A stretch of DNA of 64,000 bases from Alphaproteobacteria bacterium (GCA_052143835.1 JBKQRV010000142.1:8995-72994); one strand, 5' to 3'; numbered from the stretch's first letter, positions 8,669 through 19,657 are shown. The notes: a model not told the origin generated them from the sequence alone. Translations and numbers: made by a program.

Positions 8669-9358
8669 ATGCCCCGAAAGACCTCGCGTCGCCGGCCCGG
8701 CACCTATCCGCGCGGCGAGGATACCCGCCGCCGCCTGGTCGAAACGGCGATCGAGATCTTCGCCATCCACGGCTACGAAGGCACCAGCACGCGCGCGCTC
8801 GCGGAGCGCGCCGGCGTGAACCTTCCCGCGATCCCCTACTATTTCGGCAGCAAGCAGGGCCTCTACCGCGCCGCGGTCGAGCACATCATCCGCCACATCG
8901 AGACGCGCATGGGCGCGATCGGCGAACGAGTGCGGAGCGCGCTCGCGCGAGTGAGGCCTCCGCGAAAGGAACTGCTCTCGCTGCTCTCCGAAATGCTCGA
9001 GACCTTCGTCGCGATGGTGGCGGAGCAGGACAATCCCGAGAGCCGCCGGCTCTTCTTTGCCCGCGCCGAGCTCGAGGACACCGCGGCCCTGGATCCGCTT
9101 CAGGAATGCGCGATGCGCCAGGTCCTCAGGCCCTCAGCCGCGCTCGTCGCTCGCCTCATCGGCCGGCCGGCCCGCGACAAGGAGGTCGTGGCTCGCACCC
9201 TCACGCTCCTCGGCCAAGTCGCGATCTTTTGCAACAAGGGGGCGCGCAAGGCGCTCGCGTGGGACGATTTTAGCAGCGACCGCGTGGCCCTCATCCAGCG
9301 TCTGGTGCGCGAGCAGACCGCCGCCATCTTCAAGGGCAGACGGAGCGCCAAGGCATGA
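8669..9358 (+). CDS. TetR/AcrR family transcriptional repressor (efflux regulator)
   Basis: Has an HTH TetR N-terminal domain (TSTRALAERAGVNLPAIPYYFGSKQGLY) and is first gene of the RND efflux operon. Start chosen at the internal Met downstream of the promoter. Confidence 0.8.
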   Translation: MPRKTSRRRPGTYPRGEDTRRRLVETAIEIFAIHGYEGTSTRALAERAGVNLPAIPYYFGSKQGLYRAAVEHIIRHIETRMGAIGERVRSALARVRPPRKELLSLLSEMLETFVAMVAEQDNPESRRLFFARAELEDTAALDPLQECAMRQVLRPSAALVARLIGRPARDKEVVARTLTLLGQVAIFCNKGARKALAWDDFSSDRVALIQRLVREQTAAIFKGRRSAKA

Positions 9359-10881
9359 CGCGGGCGAGCGAGGCGCTAGCTGCGGCTCTCTTGGCACTCG
9401 GCCTTCTTGCCGGATGCGAGGTGGGACCGGACTTCCTGCGTCCGGCACCACCTCCCGTCACGAGCTACACGCCCGAGCCGCTTGCGGCCAAGACCGCGGC
9501 GGCCGACGTGCCCTCCGGCCAGGCCCAGCGTTTCGTCGACGGCCTCGATATTCCGGGCGAGTGGTGGACGCTCTTCCATTCCGCGCCGCTCGATCAGCTG
9601 ATCGCGGAAGCGCTCAAGGCGAACCCGAGCCTCGCGGCGGCGCAAGCCGCGCTGCGCCAGGCGCGCGAGAACGTCTACGCGCAGGAGGGCGCGCTCTTCC
9701 CGAGCGCCGGCCTCGGCGCCTCGGCGACCGAGGAGGTCTTTCCCGGCGCCTCGACCGGCGTCCCAGGCGTCTCGCCCCCCTTCGGCGTCACCACGGCGGC
9801 CCTCAACGTCGCCTACGCGCCCGACTTCTTCGGCGGCGTGCGGCGGCAGATCGAATCGCTCGAGGCCGAGGAGCAGTTCCAGCGCTTCCAGCTCGAGGCG
9901 ACCTACCTGACGCTCACCTCGAACGTGGTGGTGGCCACGATCAACGAGGCCTCGCTCCGCGCCCAGATCGCGGCGACCGAGGACATCATCGAGATCGAGA
10001 GCCAGGAGCTCGGCGTGCTCGAGAAGCAGCTTGTGCTCGGCGGGGCCTCCAAGGCCGCGGTGCTGGCGCAGCAGGCAACGCTCGCGCAGGCCCAGGCGAC
10101 GCTGCCGCCGCTGCAAAGGCAGCTCGCCCAGACGCGCAATCAACTGGCGGCCCTGGCCGGCCACTATCCGAGCGAGGTCCCGGCCGGCAAGTTCGAGCTC
10201 GCCACCATGCATTTGCCCGACGATCTGCCGCTGAGCCTGCCCTCCAGGCTCGTCGAGCAGCGCCCCGACGTGCGCGCGGCGGAAGCGGAGCTCCACGCGG
10301 CGAGCGCGAATATCGGCGTCGCCACAGCGAACCAGCTGCCCCAGTTCAGCATCACCGCTGAGCTCGGCACCGCCTCGCTCGGCTTCGCCCAACTCTTCTC
10401 GCCGGGCACGGGCATTTGGAGCATCGGCGGCAGCGTTGCGCAAACGGTCTTCGACGCCGGAACGCTCCTTCACAAGAAACGCGCGGCGGTGGCGGCCTAC
10501 GAGCAAGCGGCGGCCCAGTACCGCACCACCGTGCTCGCGGCCTTCCAGAACGTGGCCGACGCGCTGCGCGCGCTCCAATCCGACGCCGATGCGGTGAAGG
10601 CGCAAGCGGAGGCCGTGCACTCCGCCGCCGACAGTCTCGCGATCTCGCGTGATCAGTACCAGGCGGGGGCCATCACCTACACGGCGCTGCTCACCGCCGA
10701 GCAGACCTATCAGCAGGCGCGCATAGCCCTCGTCCAGGCGCAGGCCGCCCGCTTCGCCGACACGGCGGCCCTCTTCCAGGCCCTCGGCGGCGGCTGGTGG
10801 AACCGCTCCGACATGGCCGCGAACAAAGCGGGCGAGCCCGAGCGCTTCTGGCTGCCGCCCCTACCCCCCGCCAAGGATTGA
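9355..10881 (+). CDS. RND efflux outer-membrane factor lipoprotein (NodT/OprM family)
   Basis: Lipoprotein signal (LLAGC), two-repeat OMF architecture; its start overlaps the TetR stop by 4 bp. Confidence 0.85.
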   Translation: MTRASEALAAALLALGLLAGCEVGPDFLRPAPPPVTSYTPEPLAAKTAAADVPSGQAQRFVDGLDIPGEWWTLFHSAPLDQLIAEALKANPSLAAAQAALRQARENVYAQEGALFPSAGLGASATEEVFPGASTGVPGVSPPFGVTTAALNVAYAPDFFGGVRRQIESLEAEEQFQRFQLEATYLTLTSNVVVATINEASLRAQIAATEDIIEIESQELGVLEKQLVLGGASKAAVLAQQATLAQAQATLPPLQRQLAQTRNQLAALAGHYPSEVPAGKFELATMHLPDDLPLSLPSRLVEQRPDVRAAEAELHAASANIGVATANQLPQFSITAELGTASLGFAQLFSPGTGIWSIGGSVAQTVFDAGTLLHKKRAAVAAYEQAAAQYRTTVLAAFQNVADALRALQSDADAVKAQAEAVHSAADSLAISRDQYQAGAITYTALLTAEQTYQQARIALVQAQAARFADTAALFQALGGGWWNRSDMAANKAGEPERFWLPPLPPAKD

Positions 10882-10898
10882 CGAACGAGACGGATGCG

Positions 10899-12029
10899 AT
10901 GGCCAAACGAATGATCCTGATGCTGCTCCTGGCCGTGGTGGTCCTGGGCGGCATTTTCGGCTTCGAGGCCTTCAAGAGCAACGCGATCAAGAAGTTTCTG
11001 GCAGCCTCGGGCAACCCGACGCAGACGGTATCGACCGTGGAGGCGAAGCTCGCTGAATGGCAGCCCCGGCTCGAGGCCGTCGGCAGCCTGCGCGCCGTGA
11101 GCGGCGCGGACTTGAGCGCGCAGGTGGCAGGCATCGTCTCGGCCATCCACTTCCAATCCGGCGCCGACGTGAAGCAGGGCACGCTTCTCCTCGAGCTGAT
11201 GGCGGCCGATGACATCGCCAAGCTGCAGTCGCTCAAGGCGACCGCGGCCTTGGCCAGGATCACCCTCGAGCGCGATCAGAAGCAGCTCGCCGCGCAAGCG
11301 GTGAGCCAGCAGACCGTGGATACCGATACGCAGACGCTCAAGAGCGACGAGGCGCAGGTCGTCCAGCAGCAGGCGCTGGTCGAGTACAAGTCCATCCGCG
11401 CGCCGTTTTCCGGTCGGCTCGGCATCCGCCAGGTGGATCTCGGCCAGTATCTCGCCGCGGGCACCGCAATCGCCACCCTGCAGTCCCTCGACCCGATCTA
11501 CGTCGATTTCTATCTGGCGCAGCAGGCGCTGGCCCAGATCAAGGTCGGCCAACCCGTGTCGGCGACGGTCGACACTTACCCGGGCACGGTGTTTCCCGGC
11601 GAAATCGCCGCCATCAATCCCAAGGTCGACCCGGCCACGCGCAACGTCCAGGTGCGGGCCGTGCTCAAGAACGCCGAGCTCAAGCTGCTGCCCGGCATGT
11701 TCGCAACCGTCAGGGTGGAGGTGGGCACGCCCGAGAGCCACCTCACGCTGCCGCAGACGGCGATCACCTACAATTCCTACGGCAGCACGGTCTACATCGT
11801 CGAGCAGAAGGGCAAGAACGCCAGGGGCGAGCCGATGCTCGCGGCGCGGCAGACATTCGTCACCACGGGTGCCACGCGCGGCGACCAGGTGGCGGTGCTC
11901 TCGGGCCTCAAGGCGGGCGAGACCGTGGTGAGCTCCGGCGGGATCAAGCTGCACAATGGCTCACCCGTGACAGTCAACAATTCGGTGCAGCCGAGCGACA
12001 ACCCCAACCCCGCTCCCCCCGACGAATAG
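10899..12029 (+). CDS. RND efflux membrane fusion protein (periplasmic adaptor subunit)
   Basis: Has an N-terminal TM anchor followed by coiled-coil, lipoyl, beta-barrel and MP domains, typical of AcrA/MdtA-family adaptors. Confidence 0.85.
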   Translation: MAKRMILMLLLAVVVLGGIFGFEAFKSNAIKKFLAASGNPTQTVSTVEAKLAEWQPRLEAVGSLRAVSGADLSAQVAGIVSAIHFQSGADVKQGTLLLELMAADDIAKLQSLKATAALARITLERDQKQLAAQAVSQQTVDTDTQTLKSDEAQVVQQQALVEYKSIRAPFSGRLGIRQVDLGQYLAAGTAIATLQSLDPIYVDFYLAQQALAQIKVGQPVSATVDTYPGTVFPGEIAAINPKVDPATRNVQVRAVLKNAELKLLPGMFATVRVEVGTPESHLTLPQTAITYNSYGSTVYIVEQKGKNARGEPMLAARQTFVTTGATRGDQVAVLSGLKAGETVVSSGGIKLHNGSPVTVNNSVQPSDNPNPAPPDE

Positions 12030-12044
12030 CAGGCAGCCCTCGCG

Positions 12045-15000
12045 ATGAAATTCACCGACATCTTCATCCGCAGGCCGGTGCTGGCGACCGTCGTCAGCCT
12101 GCTCATCCTCGTGCTCGGCCTGCGCGCGGGCGGCGCGCTTCCCATCCTGCAATATCCGCGCACCGAGAACGCGGTGGTGACGGTCTCCACCACCTATTAC
12201 GGCGCCGATCCCGACGTCATCGCGGGCTTCATCACCACGCCGCTCGAGAACGCCATCGCGCAGGCGAACGGCATCGACTACATGACCTCGACCAGCCAGA
12301 GCAGCGTGAGCACGATCACCGTCTACCTGCGTCTCAACTACGACCCGGACAAGGCGCTGACCGAGATCCAGACCAAGGTCACCTCGGTGCTCAACCAGCT
12401 GCCCCCGGGCTCGCAGCAGCCCGTGTTGACGGTCTCGATCGGCCAGACCATCGACGCCATGTACATGGGCTTCAACAGCGACGTGCTGGCCGCGAACCAG
12501 ATCACCGACTACCTCGTCCGCGTGGTGCAGCCGAAGCTGCAGGCGGTCCCGGGCGTGCAGACCGCGGAGATTCTCGGCGGGCAGAATTTCGCGCTGCGCG
12601 CCTGGCTCGACCCGGCGAAGCTTGCGGCCTACGGCCTGACCGCGGCCGACGTGAGCACGGCGCTGGCGCAGAACGACTACATCTCCGGCCTCGGCAACAC
12701 CAAGGGCCAGATGGTGCAGGTCAACCTCTCCGCCTCCACCAGCCTGCATTCGGCCGAGGAGTTCGCCAATCTCGTGCTCAAGCAGGCGAACGGCGCCATC
12801 GTGCGCCTCAAGGACGTGGCCAACGTCACGCTCGGCGCCGACGACTACGAATCGCAGGTCGGCTTCGACGGCGAGAAGGCGGTCTATATCGGCATCCAGG
12901 TGGCGCCCGCCGCCAACCTGCTCGACGTGATCGCGGGCGTGCGCAAGATCTTCCCCGGCATCCAGGCGCAATTGCCCGAGGGGCTCAAGGGCACCATCGT
13001 CTACGATTCGACCGCCTTCGTGAACAGCGCGATCCGCGAGGTCGAGCGCACGCTCGTCGAAGCGCTGGTGATCGTGACCTTGGTGATCTTCGCCTTCCTG
13101 GGCTCGCTGCGCTCCGTCTTCATCCCGACCGTCGCCATCCCGCTCTCCCTCATCGGCACGCTGGCGATGATGCTGGTCTTCGGCTTCTCCATCAACCTCC
13201 TGACCTTGTTGGCATTGGTGCTCGCGATCGGCCTCGTCGTGGACGACGCCATCATCGTGGTCGAGAACGTCAACCGTCACCTCGACGAGGGCATGAAGCC
13301 GATCCCCGCCGCGATCGCCGCCGCGCGCGAGCTCGGCGGGCCGATCGTCGCCATGACGGTGGTGCTGGTCGCGGTCTACGTGCCGATCGGCTTCCAGGGC
13401 GGGCTCACCGGCGCGCTCTTCACCGAGTTCGCCTTCACCCTCGTGGGCGCCGTCACGGTCTCCGCCGTCGTGGCGCTGACGCTCTCGCCGATGATGTGCT
13501 CGCGTCTCCTGAAGCCGCACGGCGCCGACCGCCGCGGCCGGCAGGAGCAGGTGGTCGACTTCATCGACCGCCGCTTCGAGGCGGTGCGCCGCGGCTACGA
13601 GCGCTGGCTCCGCGGCAGCCTGAATTTCCTGCCGGTGACGGGGGTCTTCGCGCTGATCGTGCTCGGGAGCATCTATTTGCTCTACAGCGGCGCCAAGAGC
13701 GAGCTGGCGCCGCAGGAGGACGAGGGGGTCATCATTACGCAGTCGACGCCGGCGCCGAACGCCACCCTCGCGCAGAAGCTGCTCTACTCCCGCCAGGTCT
13801 ACGAGCTCTTCGCCAAGTACCCCGAGACGGCGCACGTCTTCCAGCTTTCCACCCCGAGCCGAAACATCGACGGCATGGTCTTCACGCCGTGGGACAAGCG
13901 CACGCGCACCACGAACCAGCTGCAGCCCATCCTCCAGCAGCAGCTCAACGGCATCGCCGGCGTTAGGGTCGTCGCCTTCCAGCTGCCGCCGCTGCCGGGA
14001 AGCCAGGGCCTGCCGATCCAGTTCGTCATCGACACCACCGACTCTTTCGCCCGCCTCAACGACGTGTCGGAGCGCTTCCTCGCGGAGGCGATCAAGAGCG
14101 GGATGTTCCTCTTCCTCGATACCGACCTCAAGCTCGACGATCCCCAGTCGACGGTCGTCATCGACCGCGACAAGACGGCGCAGCTCGGCTTGCGCATGAG
14201 CGACGTGGGCAGCGCCATGGCCTGGATGCTGGGCGGGGGCTACGTCAACTACTTTAGCCTGGACCAGCGCTCCTACAAGGTCATACCGCAGGTGCAGCAG
14301 CGCTATCGCCTCAACACCGGCCAGCTCCTCGATTACTACGTCGGCAGTGTGGGCGGCATTCCGATTCCGCTCTCGTCGGTCGCGCGCATCACCACCGAGA
14401 CCGTGCCGGAATCGCTCAATCACTTCCAGCAGCTCAACGGCGCCACCATCCAAGGCGTCGCCGCACCGGGCGTCGCCCAGGAGGATGCGCTCAACTATCT
14501 CAAGGGACTCGCGGAGCGCACGCTGCCGCAGGGCTATTCGATCGATTACGGCGGGGTCTCGCGCCAGTACGTGCAGGAATCGAGCGGCTTCGTCGTCACC
14601 TTCGCCTTCGCGCTGATCATCATCTTCCTCTCGCTCGCCGCACTCTTCGAGAGCTTCCGAGATCCGCTCATCATCCTGGTCTCGGTGCCGATGTCGATCG
14701 CAGGTGCCTTGATCTTCATCAGCGTCGGCCTAGGCGGCGCCACGCTCAACATCTACACCCAGGTCGGGCTCGTCACGCTCATGGGGCTCATCAGCAAGCA
14801 CGGCATCCTCATCGTCGAGTTCGCCAACGAGCAGCAGCGCCAAGGCAAGTCCAAGCGCGCGGCGATCGAGTCGGCGGCGGGCATCCGGCTGCGGCCGATC
14901 CTGATGACGACGGCGGCCATGGTGCTGGGCGTGGTGCCGCTCCTCATCGCCGGAGGTGCTGGTGCCGTGTCGCGCTTCGACATGGGGCTCGTCATCTTCG

Positions 15001-15131
15001 CCGGCCTTTCGATCGGGACGATCTTCACCCTCTTCGTGGTTCCCGCCGTCTATATGATGATCGCGGCCGATCACGCGAAGGCGAGAGAAGCCGCAGACGA
15101 GCCCGTGAGCACGGCGCCGCGCGAGGCGTGA
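12045..15131 (+). CDS. RND multidrug efflux transporter permease (AcrB/MdtB/MexB family)
   Basis: 1028 aa, starting MKFTDIFIRRPVLATVVSLLILVLG, with the 12-TM two-large-loop RND architecture. Confidence 0.9.
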   Translation: MKFTDIFIRRPVLATVVSLLILVLGLRAGGALPILQYPRTENAVVTVSTTYYGADPDVIAGFITTPLENAIAQANGIDYMTSTSQSSVSTITVYLRLNYDPDKALTEIQTKVTSVLNQLPPGSQQPVLTVSIGQTIDAMYMGFNSDVLAANQITDYLVRVVQPKLQAVPGVQTAEILGGQNFALRAWLDPAKLAAYGLTAADVSTALAQNDYISGLGNTKGQMVQVNLSASTSLHSAEEFANLVLKQANGAIVRLKDVANVTLGADDYESQVGFDGEKAVYIGIQVAPAANLLDVIAGVRKIFPGIQAQLPEGLKGTIVYDSTAFVNSAIREVERTLVEALVIVTLVIFAFLGSLRSVFIPTVAIPLSLIGTLAMMLVFGFSINLLTLLALVLAIGLVVDDAIIVVENVNRHLDEGMKPIPAAIAAARELGGPIVAMTVVLVAVYVPIGFQGGLTGALFTEFAFTLVGAVTVSAVVALTLSPMMCSRLLKPHGADRRGRQEQVVDFIDRRFEAVRRGYERWLRGSLNFLPVTGVFALIVLGSIYLLYSGAKSELAPQEDEGVIITQSTPAPNATLAQKLLYSRQVYELFAKYPETAHVFQLSTPSRNIDGMVFTPWDKRTRTTNQLQPILQQQLNGIAGVRVVAFQLPPLPGSQGLPIQFVIDTTDSFARLNDVSERFLAEAIKSGMFLFLDTDLKLDDPQSTVVIDRDKTAQLGLRMSDVGSAMAWMLGGGYVNYFSLDQRSYKVIPQVQQRYRLNTGQLLDYYVGSVGGIPIPLSSVARITTETVPESLNHFQQLNGATIQGVAAPGVAQEDALNYLKGLAERTLPQGYSIDYGGVSRQYVQESSGFVVTFAFALIIIFLSLAALFESFRDPLIILVSVPMSIAGALIFISVGLGGATLNIYTQVGLVTLMGLISKHGILIVEFANEQQRQGKSKRAAIESAAGIRLRPILMTTAAMVLGVVPLLIAGGAGAVSRFDMGLVIFAGLSIGTIFTLFVVPAVYMMIAADHAKAREAADEPVSTAPREA

Positions 15132-15239
15132 CAGGCGATCGGGGCCGCCGTCGGATTGACGCACGGCCGCCACAGGCCCTACGCTTAAGCGTAAGCACAA
15201 GAGAATGGGGGCCGTATTTGCGCAGGCGGGAGGGCAATC

Positions 15240-15713
15240 ATGCGGTCAATCGCGGCAATCGCGTTCGGCTGGGCCGTGGCGGCGCTGAGGAGGCCGATGG
15301 CAGCGTTCAAGCTGATCCCGGCGATGGGGGCGGCGCTGGTCCTCGCGAGCTGCGCGCGTGAGGCGCCAAAGCCCGTCGCCCCTCCGCCACAAACGCTCGT
15401 GGGCACGTCCAAGCAGCACCTGCTTGCCTGCGCCGGGCCGCCCACGGTCGACTACGAGCAGGCCGGGCTCGAATACATGACCTACCGCGTGAAGATGACG
15501 GTCGGCGTGGGCTATTTGCAGAGCGCGCCGACGATTCCCGTCCTCGGCTCGGTCGGGATGGGGAGCAAAGGCAACGAGATTCTGTGCGAAGCCAGCGTCG
15601 TGCTCAAAGGCGGCGTGGTGGAGGCGCTGGCCTTCCGCAGCGATCCCCCGCAAGAGACACAGACCACCACCAAGATGTGCACACCGCTCGTGGCACCCTG
15701 CCTACAGCCCTAG
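15240..15713 (+). CDS. hypothetical lipoprotein
   Basis: Signal peptide with a lipobox-like LASC. No recognisable family. Alternative start at 15297. Confidence 0.4.
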   Translation: MRSIAAIAFGWAVAALRRPMAAFKLIPAMGAALVLASCAREAPKPVAPPPQTLVGTSKQHLLACAGPPTVDYEQAGLEYMTYRVKMTVGVGYLQSAPTIPVLGSVGMGSKGNEILCEASVVLKGGVVEALAFRSDPPQETQTTTKMCTPLVAPCLQP

Positions 15714-15757
15714 GAAACCTCGCAAGAGGATGCCGGCAAGCATGCGTCGGCAAGGCC

Positions 15758-15961
15758 TTAGTGCGGCTCCTTTAGCACTCCCCGCTGCGCGGCGAGCAAG
15801 GCCTCGCAAGCGACCATGACCCGCATCCAATGGGTCCGACTTTCCACATCGCCCGCCTCGAGAAGCGCGTGAGCCCAGCGCGACGCGCAATGGGGTGCTG
15901 CCTCACCTGCCTGATCGATAAGAACGCTTGCCGCCTGCCAGATTTCCCTCCCGGTCTCCAT
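15758..15961 (-). CDS. small conserved hypothetical protein
   Basis: About 68 aa from METGREIWQAASVLIDQAGE. It sits in an ORF-poor, lower-GC patch and its family is not recognised. Confidence 0.3.
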   Translation of the reverse strand: METGREIWQAASVLIDQAGEAAPHCASRWAHALLEAGDVESRTHWMRVMVACEALLAAQRGVLKEPH

Positions 15962-16810
15962 CGTCAACCTCCACTTGCTCGACGTGCTCTCAATTACTGT
16001 CTTGCCCCGGGAGCGGGCGGCACCGTTGGCGCACGACCACAATCACCACCAGGACCCGAACGGTCCCCTCTCTACCGCGGACTTAGCGCACCACACCCTC
16101 ATTTCAAGCGCTCCGGTGTTAATCTTTGGGGAATCTTTGGGGCACGTCGCCGCGCATCGCCTGCTCCGGACGAGGCCATGGGCCCGCGCAAGAGCGCCAC
16201 GCGCGATAGCGCGACTCGCTGCGCCGGCCGCATGAGCCCGCAATGAAATCATCATGTTGCGAAGCGAAGATGAAATGCCGCCCAAAGCGCGCGCGTTGAC
16301 GCCACAACAGCTCTTGTGCTCGCACCTTGAGGATCGCAGTCAAACACGTGCTCGCGCAGCCGCGGACAAGCGCAATGCCTTCCAAATACCGCTCGAAAGG
16401 TCGCGCTTCTTAGCTTATATTACTATATCTAGGGCATTGGGCTTCAAGAGGGCATATATCTGATGTCACACCGGGCAGGACGGGACGCCGACGAGGATCC
16501 CCGCGTCGGCCAGCAGTTCAAGCGCGTCGATGGCGCCGCCCTGGTTTTTGAGGTGGTCGGGCCGGTCGCGAGCTTCGGGCAACCGCATGTTCGCGTGCGC
16601 CGCGTGGATGATCCGACGGACATGCGGGTGTTCGCGCGCTCCGCACTGAACGATCGTCATATCTTCCGTGCGGTCGATCATCAGGCAGCCCCGACCCGCG
16701 CCGGCTACGGTCATCTCCGCCTGAAACCGACCTAAGATCGAGCGGCCGAGACGGCCCTGCCGGCCGCAGCCGTCCAGGAGCCGCAGAACGGAAAGACGCT
16801 GGAGGCAGCG

Positions 16811-17452
16811 ATGGCGGGTTTCATGCGCCAGGCTGGCGATGTGCTTCTCGTCGTCGACGTGCAGTACGATTTCTGCCCGGGCGGCAGTCTCGCGGTCACG
16901 GGCGGCGATGAGGTGATCCCCATCGTCAACCGCCTCGCCCAGAGCTTCGCCCACCTGGTGCTGACCCAGGACTGGCATCCCCGCGGTCATCTCTCCTTCG
17001 CCTCCGCGCACCCGGGCTGCAAGCCGTTCGAGACGATGCCCCTGCCCTACGGCATGCAGACGCTGTGGCCCGATCACTGCGTGCAAGGGACGCCCGGTGC
17101 CGAGTTCCACGAGGCGCTCGACGTCCCCCGTGCCGAGCTCGTGCTGCGCAAGGGCTTCAGGCGCGAGATCGACTCCTATTCGGCGTTCTTCGAGAACGAC
17201 CGCACCACACCCACGGGCCTCGCGGGCTATCTTCGCGAGCGCGGCCTCACGCACCTTTTCATCGCCGGGCTGGCGCTCGATTTTTGCGTGCGTTGGTCGG
17301 CCGAGGACGCCCGCAGGCTCGGCTTCGAGGTGGTCGTCATCGAGGACGCCTGCCGCGCCATCGACACGGGCGGCAGCCTCGCCGCCGCGCGCACGGCACT
17401 CGTGGACTGCGGCGCTAAGCTCGTGCCGAGCATCGGCCTCGGCTGCGGGTGA
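16811..17452 (+). CDS. pncA: nicotinamidase/pyrazinamidase, isochorismatase family
   Basis: Starts LLVVDVQYDFCPGGSLAV and has the conserved Cys in FIAGLALDFCV, a PncA-like catalytic triad context. Confidence 0.75.
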   Translation: MAGFMRQAGDVLLVVDVQYDFCPGGSLAVTGGDEVIPIVNRLAQSFAHLVLTQDWHPRGHLSFASAHPGCKPFETMPLPYGMQTLWPDHCVQGTPGAEFHEALDVPRAELVLRKGFRREIDSYSAFFENDRTTPTGLAGYLRERGLTHLFIAGLALDFCVRWSAEDARRLGFEVVVIEDACRAIDTGGSLAAARTALVDCGAKLVPSIGLGCG

Positions 17453-17468
17453 GCGCCCGCCTTAGAAT

Positions 17469-17672
17469 CTAATCCTCGAGCAGGAAGGTGAGCTCCATGG
17501 TGGAGCGATATTCAACGATCTTGCCGCGCTCGACCTTGGCCTTCATCTCGACCACCTCGAGTCCGGTGATGCCCCTGAGCGTCTTGGCGGCGCGCTTGAG
17601 CCCCTGATTGACGGCATCGTCGAAACTCCTCGTCGACGCGGCGGTGACCTTGGTGACGCGTGCAACGGCCAT
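17469..17672 (-). CDS. dodecin family flavin-binding protein
   Basis: About 67 aa with end-to-end similarity to dodecin (FDDAVNQGLKRAAKTLRGITGLEVVEMKAKVERGKIVEYRSTMELTFLLE). Confidence 0.7.
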   Translation of the reverse strand: MAVARVTKVTAASTRSFDDAVNQGLKRAAKTLRGITGLEVVEMKAKVERGKIVEYRSTMELTFLLED

Positions 17673-17796
17673 GGCGACCTCCCCTAAGATTGCCGGCGCG
17701 GCGCTCTCGAACGACATTGGCAGGGGCCGAGCCGGTGTTGCTCAGACAAAGCGGATGATGGGCCGCTTTCCGCCCCGAGTCGAGCCGTAAGCGGGC

Positions 17797-18891
17797 TCAG
17801 CGCCGCTCGGGGAAAAGGCCGAGGAGACCGTCGCGCGAGGCGGCCGCCACCCCACGCTCGGTGATGAGCCCGGAAACCAGCCGCGCGGGCGTCACATCGA
17901 AGGCATAGTTGGCGGCGGGGCTGCCGTCGGGCGTGAGCTGCACGGTGACGATATTTCCTTCCGCGGTCTTGCCCTGGATGCGCACGACCTCCTCGCCCGA
18001 GCGCTCCTCGATGGGGATCTCGCTGAGGCCGTCCTTGACCGTCCAATCGATGGTGGGGGACGGCAGCGCAACATAGAACGGCACCCCGTTGTCCTTGGCG
18101 GCGAGCGCCTTGAGATAGGTGCCGATCTTGTTGCACACGTCGCCCTCGGAAGTGGTGCGGTCCGTGCCGACGATGGCGAGATCGACGAGGCCGCGCTGCA
18201 TGAGATGCCCGCCCGCGTTGTCGACGATGACGGTATGGGCGACGCCGTGGCGGCCGAGCTCCCATGCGGTCAGTGCCGCACCCTGGTTGCGCGGCCGTGT
18301 CTCGTCGACCCAGACGTGGATGGGGATGCCGTTGTCGTAGGCCATGTAGACGGGGGCGAGTGCCGTTCCCCAGTCGACCGTCGCCAGCCAGCCGGCATTG
18401 CAGTGGGTGAGCACATTGACGCGGCCCCAGCCGCCTTTCTCCTGCCAGGCCTTGCGGATGAGCTTCTCGCCGTGGCCGCCGATCGCCCGGTTGATCTCGA
18501 CGTCCTCGTCGCAGATCTCGGCCGCGCGCTTGTAGGCGGCGGCGACGCGCGCCTCGCGCTTGGTGTTGTAGAGGCGCTCGCGCATGTCGTCGAGCGCCCA
18601 GCGCAGGTTGATCGCGGTCGGCCGCGTGGCCAGCAGGAGCTCGTAAGCGCGATCGAGGGCCGCATCGGAAGGATCGGCCCGCGTGGCGAGTGCCACGCCG
18701 TAAGCGGCGGTGGCGCCGATGAGGGGTGCGCCGCGCACCAGCATGGCGCTGATCGCGTGTGCCACCTCCTCGAGCGTGGCAAGACGCACGGTTTCGAAGC
18801 GATGAGGCAGCCTGGTCTGGTCGATGATGGTGACCGACCAGCCGTCGTCGGAGAGCCAGATCGTGCGATAGGGAACGCCGTTCACCTTCAT
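17797..18891 (-). CDS. mtnA: S-methyl-5-thioribose-1-phosphate isomerase
   Basis: 364 aa in the eIF-2B alpha/beta/delta-like MtnA family ([31 protein letters not shown]). Confidence 0.9.
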   Translation of the reverse strand: MKVNGVPYRTIWLSDDGWSVTIIDQTRLPHRFETVRLATLEEVAHAISAMLVRGAPLIGATAAYGVALATRADPSDAALDRAYELLLATRPTAINLRWALDDMRERLYNTKREARVAAAYKRAAEICDEDVEINRAIGGHGEKLIRKAWQEKGGWGRVNVLTHCNAGWLATVDWGTALAPVYMAYDNGIPIHVWVDETRPRNQGAALTAWELGRHGVAHTVIVDNAGGHLMQRGLVDLAIVGTDRTTSEGDVCNKIGTYLKALAAKDNGVPFYVALPSPTIDWTVKDGLSEIPIEERSGEEVVRIQGKTAEGNIVTVQLTPDGSPAANYAFDVTPARLVSGLITERGVAAASRDGLLGLFPERR

Positions 18892-19207
18892 GGCGGCGCG
18901 ACGATAGCCGAGGGCGACGGCCGGCTCAACTGCTCTCGCACTCGAGCGGGCGAGGCGCTCGCTCTCTTGCCTCGAGTGCCATGCTCCAAACGGCCCCCGA
19001 CGGCGGACCCCGCCGCCCGATCGCGCGCACGATCACGCAAATGGCACTGGCCATGGCCTTCGCCACGGTGGCAGACTTTTAGGGAGAGGATCGGCCGCCC
19101 TTGCCGGTGGCGGACGGCCGAGCGTCGCAACCCCCGTGCGCTCCCGACCATGACGGGCGGCGCCGACACTCTCGCCGAAGGCGAGGAGGTGGCAGGAGCA
19201 CCGTCCC

Positions 19208-19657
19208 ATGGTTCATCTCGACATCAACGGCCATGCGCAGGACGTCGAGGTCGATCCCTCGACGCCGCTCCTCTGGGTGCTGCGCGATACGCTCGGCTTG
19301 ACCGGCACCAAGTACGGCTGCGGCATTGCCGAGTGCGGCGCCTGCACCGTCCATATCGACGGCAAGGCAGTGCGCTCCTGCGCGATGCCGGCGAGTGCCG
19401 CCCAAGGCAAGAAGATCGTGACCATCGAGGGCCTGTCGGCCGACGGCAGCCATCCCGTGCAAGTGGCTTGGCGCGAGCTCGACGTGCCGCAGTGCGGCTA
19501 TTGCCAGGTCGGCATGATCATGGCGGCCGCGGCCCTGCTGAGGCTAAAGCCCAAGCCGACGGACGCCGAGATCGACGAAGCCATCACCAACATCTGCCGC
19601 TGCGGCACCTACACGCGCGCCCGCAAGGCGATCCACCTGGCCGCGGCCAAGGTGTAA
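19208..19657 (+). CDS. iorA: (2Fe-2S)-binding small subunit of molybdenum hydroxylase (isoquinoline 1-oxidoreductase alpha / aldehyde dehydrogenase small subunit)
   Basis: Two [2Fe-2S] motifs (CGIAECGAC and CGYCQ ... CRCGTY); 149 aa. Confidence 0.85.
   Translation: MVHLDINGHAQDVEVDPSTPLLWVLRDTLGLTGTKYGCGIAECGACTVHIDGKAVRSCAMPASAAQGKKIVTIEGLSADGSHPVQVAWRELDVPQCGYCQVGMIMAAAALLRLKPKPTDAEIDEAITNICRCGTYTRARKAIHLAAAKV

Noticed and set aside
11961-14453. 830-aa minus-strand ORF
   Set aside because: It is antisense to the RND permease gene, and its composition (D/E/R/G-rich with no motifs) indicates a GC artefact.
15180-15193. Perfect 14-bp palindrome TACGCTTAAGCGTA downstream of the RND gene
   Set aside because: It is short, lacks a following T-tract, and has no second copy noted. 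It could be a weak terminator or may be chance, so it is not reported as a feature.
16466-17254. 262-aa minus-strand ORF and 90-aa plus-strand ORF (16463..16735) near pncA
   Set aside because: The minus-strand ORF is antisense to the isochorismatase-family pncA gene. The small plus-strand ORF has no support beyond being open, so it is left unannotated.
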